This document shows, piece by piece, positions 58,461-64,000 of a stretch of DNA of 64,000 bases. The notes beneath the pieces are model-generated. The model saw only the letters and a program-made list of their open reading frames with translations. It was not told where the DNA came from and did not search any database. Positions within the stretch are counted from its first letter, which is position 1, and every line of letters starts with the position of its first letter. A program made the position numbers and the translations under genes. Source of the stretch: Ignavibacteria bacterium (lineage in GTDB: Bacteria > Bacteroidota > Ignavibacteria > Kapaibacteriales > UBA2268); contig JAOADV010000013.1 in NCBI GenBank assembly GCA_026417135.1, forward strand, positions 1,142 through 65,141, written 5' to 3'.

Positions 58461-59576
58461 TTACATCAGTGTCGATAAAAAACTTGAAGTATTTATTGCT
58501 GTAATATGCAAGTCATTTTCGATTGGTTCTAAGAACAAGAACTTAATTGGAATGCTTTCGCTTAGAGAGCTTATACTATGTTTTCCAAAAGCGTTTAATC
58601 CACCTGGAATAATTTTTGGGGCGATAAAGAATTGAATTTCATCCCATAAATTTTCCCTAATGAAAGAAGTTAGAACGGTTGCTCCACCTTCGACTAAGAC
58701 CGAATAAACATCGAACTCTTCTTTAATTTTTGCAAGCAGTTCAGATAAATCAATATAATTGTTCGAAGTGGGAACCCCAACAATGTTTACTCCAGCAAGA
58801 GTTAGATTATCAGTTTTTCGTGTAAGTGAAAATTCCTCGGCAACAGCAACAATAGTTTTGGAACGCAAGTTATCGGTGAAAACATTCAAATTCATCGGTA
58901 ACGAAAGTTTTGTATCCAAAATTATTCTTTTTGGGTCTTTGCCTTCATTATTATGAATGCTTAATTTAGGGTTATCGTGCAAGGCTGTGGTTTTACCAAT
59001 GATTATTCCGTCGACTTCCCTTCGTAGCAAGTATCCGAACCTACGTGCTGATTCGGAGGTAATCCACTTGGATTCAAGATAGCTTGTTGCAATCGCACCA
59101 TTTATCGATTGAGCAACTTTAAGTATAACATATGGTTTTTGCTCGGTAATATTCTTGATAAAAATCCTATTTAACCATTTGCACTCTTTTTCCAAGATAC
59201 CGACTTCGACTTCTATACCAGATTCTCGTAATTTTGCTACACCTTTGCCCGAAACCAAAGGGTTTGGGTCTATCGTTCCAATAACTACTTTGGCAAACTT
59301 TTTTTGTATCAATAAATCAACACAAGGAGGGGTTTTCCCATAATGTACGCACGGTTCGAGTGTGGTAACGATAGTTGCTCCTTCTAAATCTACTCCTTCT
59401 GCTTTATTGATAGCCTCAACTTCTGCGTGAGGTCCACCAAAATAACGATGATATCCTTCGCTTACGATTTTCCCGTCTTTTACTATAACAGCTCCAACTT
59501 TGGGATTTGGGGAAACGAAGTTGACCCCCAACTGTGCCAACTCGATTGCTCTTCGCATTAGTTCATTGTAGCTCAT
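58461..59576 (-). CDS. ribD: Bifunctional riboflavin biosynthesis deaminase/reductase
   Basis: PNPKVGAV, HAEV, TLEPCVH.GKTPPC, SKWIT, VLVEGGA. Confidence 0.97.
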   Translation of the reverse strand: MSYNELMRRAIELAQLGVNFVSPNPKVGAVIVKDGKIVSEGYHRYFGGPHAEVEAINKAEGVDLEGATIVTTLEPCVHYGKTPPCVDLLIQKKFAKVVIGTIDPNPLVSGKGVAKLRESGIEVEVGILEKECKWLNRIFIKNITEQKPYVILKVAQSINGAIATSYLESKWITSESARRFGYLLRREVDGIIIGKTTALHDNPKLSIHNNEGKDPKRIILDTKLSLPMNLNVFTDNLRSKTIVAVAEEFSLTRKTDNLTLAGVNIVGVPTSNNYIDLSELLAKIKEEFDVYSVLVEGGATVLTSFIRENLWDEIQFFIAPKIIPGGLNAFGKHSISSLSESIPIKFLFLEPIENDLHITAINTSSFLSTLM

Positions 59577-60355
59577 TTTTCTTCTATTTTTAATTCTAGC
59601 TTTTCGACTATTTCGTGTTTTTTAATTGGGAGAATGAAATAGACATTGTATTCACCGCTTGGAACTTTATTGCCAGAAAAATCTTTGCCAATCCATTGCA
59701 AAATATAACGGCGAATTTTTCCTATTTCGATAGGTTCGACTTCGCCAATCACTTGTAGAAAGTTTGTGTTGAAATCCGATGCCCATATCTCTTTGCCAGC
59801 TTTGCTTTCTATTCTGATTCTCAGCCTTTCCGAAGTGGGGAAGTATTCGTCTTCTTTTTCCTCGAGCCGAACTAAATCGAGTGCGAAAACGAAATTTGTA
59901 TCGGAATTAATGAAAATGTTCGGTATTGCAAAAAATTTTCTTCTTTCGTCGGCGAACCGAACGGGAAAAGTAAGTATATCATTACTAAATCTTGCAACGA
60001 AAGATCTACATTTTTCCGATGTAAAATCCTTTTTTGTCTCGACCATAAAAGATGTGATTGGCAACGAAAAATCGAGAAAATCATCTACTTCTATTGGATT
60101 TTCCATAAAATCCGTTCTTTTGCCTCCGCATTCAATCCAACATTCGACCCCTTTCAAAAAAGTGTACTTCGAAATTTTTTCGAATTGCGAACCTCGCTTA
60201 ATATAAACAAGATAACCGTTGTATGAACCTTTTCTGAACTTTAATTGATAAATTTCGTAGCCTTTATGGATTAACGGTTCAATTCGAGTCGAGTGTTGCT
60301 TCGAAGAACAAGCAATAAAAATAAAAGAAAAGATGAGAGCAAATTTTAAAATCAT
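59573..60355 (-). CDS. Lipoprotein with C-terminal BsuPI (proteinase inhibitor)/FlgD-Ig-like domain
   Basis: Lipobox FIAC; FPTSE...GKEIW.S....FLQ...W.GKD.SGNKVPSGEY. Confidence 0.65.
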   Translation of the reverse strand: MILKFALIFSFIFIACSSKQHSTRIEPLIHKGYEIYQLKFRKGSYNGYLVYIKRGSQFEKISKYTFLKGVECWIECGGKRTDFMENPIEVDDFLDFSLPITSFMVETKKDFTSEKCRSFVARFSNDILTFPVRFADERRKFFAIPNIFINSDTNFVFALDLVRLEEKEDEYFPTSERLRIRIESKAGKEIWASDFNTNFLQVIGEVEPIEIGKIRRYILQWIGKDFSGNKVPSGEYNVYFILPIKKHEIVEKLELKIEEK

Positions 60356-60575
60356 AGAAATGTCCACCTTTTATTCAAAGTCCAAGAATAATCAAACAAA
60401 TAAATAACTTTATAACTTCATTACACAAATTTAATCCTTTTTCTTCTACTTTTTTTCTTTCGAAAGTTGCATCGAAATTTTAGTCATTTTTTTAAATTGA
60501 ACTTTTCAGAAAATCCAAATGAAAATTTTAATATAAGAAATAAAAATTTTTAAGTATTAAAAATTTATAGAGGTT

Positions 60576-63500
60576 ATGAAAATTTCACGAATATTTACAA
60601 AAAATGCCAAATCGGCTTATGAACTTTTTAAATATACTAAACGGTCCTCGACTCTTCGCAATCCCGATGGCTCCATAGTTTTTCATATGGACAATATTGA
60701 AGTTCCCGTCCATTGGTCTCAAGTAGCCACCGACGTGCTTGCTCAAAAATATTTTCGGAAAACTGGTGTACCACTTTTCGACGAAAAGGGCAATCCGATT
60801 TATGATTCTAATGGAAAACAAGCCTTAGGTTCCGAAACTTCGATTAAGCAAGTAGTACACCGATTGGCTGGGACTTGGCGCCACTGGGGCGAAAAATATA
60901 AATATTTCGATACATCCGAAGATGCACAAAACTTCTACGACGAAACAGTGTATATGTTGCTCAACCAAATGGCAGCTCCGAATTCCCCACAATGGTTCAA
61001 TACAGGCTTGGCTTGGGCATACGGTATTAAAGGTAATAAACAAGGGCATTACTACATCGAACCAGAGACCGGGAAGCTAAAGGAATCGAAAGACGCATAT
61101 TCGCGACCGCAACCTCACGCTTGCTTTATCCAAAGTATAAAGGACGACTTGCTGAACGAAGGTGGGATTTTCGACCTCGTTTCGCGCGAGGCACGAATCT
61201 TTAAGTTCGGTAGTGGTTCGGGAACTAACTTTTCCCCTCTTCGTGCCGAAGGCGAACCACTTTCGGGCGGCGGAAAGTCTTCGGGTTTGATGAGTTTCCT
61301 TAAAATTTACGACCGTGCCGCTGGTTCGATAAAATCTGGGGGGACAACACGACGCGCTGCAAAAATGGTCATTGTCGATATCGACCACCCCGATGTTGAA
61401 CAGTTTATTGAATGGAAAGCACGAGAGGAAGAAAAGGTTGCAGCATTAGTAACTGGTTCTCGAATAAATTCGATTTTTCTCAAGGCAATCTTCAACTCCG
61501 TAAAAAACGGTGGTTCTAACCTTAATACAAACAAAGAACTTAGGAAACTAATTCAAAAGGCTTTGCACCGTGGAGTTCTTCTAAACTATATTCATCGTGT
61601 TATTCGACTTGCCGAAAATGGGGTCGAAAATATTGATTTTGAAATCTACGACACTCATTACGAAAGCGAAGCTTATACAACCGTCAGTGGGCAGAATTCT
61701 AATAATAGTGTTCGAGTATCTAACGAATTTATGAAAGCAGTCGAAGAGAATAACTTTTGGGAACTACGATATCGCGTTGGTGGCGGAGTAGCTAAAAAAG
61801 TAAAGGCGCGAGAACTTTGGGACAAAATGTGCCTCGCTGCTTGGAAATCTGCCGACCCCGGACTCCAATTCGATACCACGATAAACGAATGGCATACTTG
61901 CCCAAAGTCTGGGAGAATAAACGCAAGTAATCCCTGTAGCGAATATATGTTTCTCGACGATACAGCTTGCAATCTGGCAAGCCTCAATTTAATTAAATTT
62001 TACGACGAAGAAAAAGGTATTTTCAAGGTCGACGAGTTTCGACACGCAATTAGAATTTGGACAATTATACTCGAAATTTCTGTTCTTATGGCACAATTCC
62101 CATCCAAAAAAATTGCCCAGCTAAGCTATGAATATCGAACACTCGGGCTTGGATATGCCAACCTTGGTACTTTACTTATGGTTCAAGGAGTACCTTACGA
62201 TTCACCCGAAGCTTTGGCAATAACTGGGGCTATCACTGCTATTCTAACTGGCGAAGCTTATCGAACAAGCGCTGAAATGGCCAAAGAACTTGGTCCATTT
62301 CCAGGGTTCGAGAAAAATAGAGAAGATATGCTCCGAGTGATTCGCAACCACCGACGTTGTGCTTATAATGCGCAAGAAAAAGAATACGAAAGTTTAACTA
62401 TCAAACCTATGGGTATCAATCCTAAGTATTGTCCCGAAGACCTACTCCAATCGGCACGAAAGGTTTGGGACGAAGCACTTGAATTAGGTGAAACCTACGG
62501 CTTTCGCAATGCTCAGGTTAGTGCTATTGCACCTACTGGGACTATTGCTTTGATAATGGATTGCGATACAACTGGCATCGAACCCGATTTCGCAATTGTA
62601 AAATTCAAAAAATTATCGGGCGGAGGCTATTTTAAAATAGTAAATCAATCTGTACACAAAGCTTTGATAAAACTTGGATATACCGAATCTCAAATTGAAG
62701 CAATTGAAAAGTACACAAAAGGACATGGGACTTTAATTGGTTGTCCTACGATAAACCACAAGAAACTGCTCGAGCGTGGATTTACGCAAAACAAAGTTGA
62801 CTTAATTGAAAAGCAACTCGATAATGTTTTCGACATTCGATTTGCCTTTAATCGTTATGTTCTCGGGGACGATTTTTGTAAAGATTTAGGATTTAGCGAA
62901 GAAGATTTAAATAATCCAAACTTCGATTTACTTTCGTCTTTGGGGTTCACAGAGGAAGAAATCGAAATTGCAAACGAATATGTCTGTGGCACTATGATGC
63001 TCGAAGGAGCTCCTTTTTTAAAACCAGAACACTTGCCTATTTTCGACACAGCCGTGAAATGTGGAAAAAAAGGGACTCGATTTATTCCTTATATGGCGCA
63101 TATCCGAATGATGGCTTCTGCCCAACCTTTCATTTCCGGGGCTATCTCTAAAACAGTAAATATGCCTTCCGAAGCTACAGTCGAGGATATTGGTAAAGTT
63201 TACTTCGAAGCCTGGAAGATGATGCTAAAATCTATTACAATTTACCGTGATGGTTCGAAGCTTTCGCAACCTTTGAATACAACAGCATACGAAGGTTTTA
63301 ACGAAATTGTTATGCTTGGGGACGAAGAAAGTCTCGACGAGACATTAGGACCATCGGAAGTCCAAAGTCAAATAGCGCAAAATCTTGCATCGCAACAACA
63401 AAAACCACAACAACAATACAAACTCGAACGCCGACGACTCCCGAAACTCCGCCACGGTTTCATCCGCGAAGCAACCATCGGCGGACATAAAGTTTACCTA

Positions 63501-64000
63501 AGAACTGGTGAATACGAGGATGGCACTCTTGGCGAAATCTTCATAGATATGTACAAAGAAGGTGCTGCCTTTCGAGGTCTTTTGAATAGTTTTGCTATAC
63601 TGGCTTCGAAAGCGTTGCAATATGGTCTCCCGCTCGACGAACTCGTCGATACATTTACCTTTACACGGTTCGACCCTTCCGGTCCAGTCGAAGGGCACGA
63701 AGCAATTAAGTATGCAACCTCCGTTCTCGACTACGTTTTCCGTTCGTTAGGATACGACTACTTAAAGCGGACTGATTTTATTCATACCAAAGCTGTCGAT
63801 GAACTGCCTCCGGGTATGCTTCCTCCACCGAAGAGAAAAGGTGAACCTAAGAACAAGGATTTCGAATTCAAGGATGAAAGTACTTCCAACAAGAAAATCG
63901 ATGAAAGCAAGATTGAAGAGGGAAATTCTTTCCCCGATGAACTTGTTTCGATAGAACAAATAGTTAGCTCGAGCGAGGCAAAAGCAACACAATTGACCAC
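60576..64000 (+). CDS. nrdJ: Class II (B12-dependent) ribonucleotide reductase; runs off the right edge
   Basis: Absent from the ORF track because it has no stop in the window. MKISRIFT...WSQVATDVLAQKYFRK, PNSPQWFN, QPHACFI, GGTTRRAAKM, ASNPCSEY, IAPTGTI, ISKTVNMP, YRDGSKLSQPL, C-terminal LRTGEYEDG.LGEIF. Confidence 0.97.
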   Translation, partial: MKISRIFTKNAKSAYELFKYTKRSSTLRNPDGSIVFHMDNIEVPVHWSQVATDVLAQKYFRKTGVPLFDEKGNPIYDSNGKQALGSETSIKQVVHRLAGTWRHWGEKYKYFDTSEDAQNFYDETVYMLLNQMAAPNSPQWFNTGLAWAYGIKGNKQGHYYIEPETGKLKESKDAYSRPQPHACFIQSIKDDLLNEGGIFDLVSREARIFKFGSGSGTNFSPLRAEGEPLSGGGKSSGLMSFLKIYDRAAGSIKSGGTTRRAAKMVIVDIDHPDVEQFIEWKAREEEKVAALVTGSRINSIFLKAIFNSVKNGGSNLNTNKELRKLIQKALHRGVLLNYIHRVIRLAENGVENIDFEIYDTHYESEAYTTVSGQNSNNSVRVSNEFMKAVEENNFWELRYRVGGGVAKKVKARELWDKMCLAAWKSADPGLQFDTTINEWHTCPKSGRINASNPCSEYMFLDDTACNLASLNLIKFYDEEKGIFKVDEFRHAIRIWTIILEISVLMAQFPSKKIAQLSYEYRTLGLGYANLGTLLMVQGVPYDSPEALAITGAITAILTGEAYRTSAEMAKELGPFPGFEKNREDMLRVIRNHRRCAYNAQEKEYESLTIKPMGINPKYCPEDLLQSARKVWDEALELGETYGFRNAQVSAIAPTGTIALIMDCDTTGIEPDFAIVKFKKLSGGGYFKIVNQSVHKALIKLGYTESQIEAIEKYTKGHGTLIGCPTINHKKLLERGFTQNKVDLIEKQLDNVFDIRFAFNRYVLGDDFCKDLGFSEEDLNNPNFDLLSSLGFTEEEIEIANEYVCGTMMLEGAPFLKPEHLPIFDTAVKCGKKGTRFIPYMAHIRMMASAQPFISGAISKTVNMPSEATVEDIGKVYFEAWKMMLKSITIYRDGSKLSQPLNTTAYEGFNEIVMLGDEESLDETLGPSEVQSQIAQNLASQQQKPQQQYKLERRRLPKLRHGFIREATIGGHKVYLRTGEYEDGTLGEIFIDMYKEGAAFRGLLNSFAILASKALQYGLPLDELVDTFTFTRFDPSGPVEGHEAIKYATSVLDYVFRSLGYDYLKRTDFIHTKAVDELPPGMLPPPKRKGEPKNKDFEFKDESTSNKKIDESKIEEGNSFPDELVSIEQIVSSSEAKATQLT

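Noticed and set aside
60576..64000. Intein, intron, NrdR box or B12 riboswitch at nrdJ
   Set aside because: Conserved motifs follow at normal spacing with no splice motifs noticed; the upstream region is AT-rich with no matching consensus.
202..64000. Many 60-180 aa antisense or alternate-frame ORFs in the track (e.g. 20354-20893, 26030-26482, 60585-64000 minus strand)
   Set aside because: They are shadows of well-supported genes and have no motifs of their own.
1..64000. CRISPR array, rRNA, tRNA, intact IS element
   Set aside because: No regularly spaced repeats, RNA gene signatures or transposase ORFs were seen.

Overview
AT-rich chromosome segment from an FCB-group bacterium. The gene content (T9SS cargo, GldLM-like pair, alternative complex III, Desulfovibrio-like Sat) suggests the Ignavibacteria/Kapabacteria (Chlorobi-related) lineages; this is an inference. 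Most of the window is housekeeping genes (sat, gmk, nusB, pgsA, tpiA, lptC, xseB, dxs, aat, queA, hrcA, hutI, murQ, fmt, ispG, ribD, class II nrdJ). A ~15 kb respiratory cluster encodes ACIII, extra cytochromes c and an A2-type heme-copper oxidase. Main points of interest: (1) an orphan phage-like switch in which an HTH repressor ending in an AAG motif is coupled to a separate S24 peptidase gene and faces a Mor-family activator across a 58-bp nested palindrome; (2) a divergent GldL/GldM-like motor pair clustered with a PorE-like protein and a C25-like protein, with no gldK/gldN; (3) strong TCGA over-representation and GATC scarcity; (4) two decayed restriction-modification loci; (5) a Tyr/Cys-rich GEVED T9SS cargo flanked by REP/MITE-like repeats; (6) a dissimilatory-type Sat in a genome with an O2-respiration cluster. 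I found no rRNA, tRNA, CRISPR array or intact mobile element. All family calls come from motif recognition by eye, not database searches.
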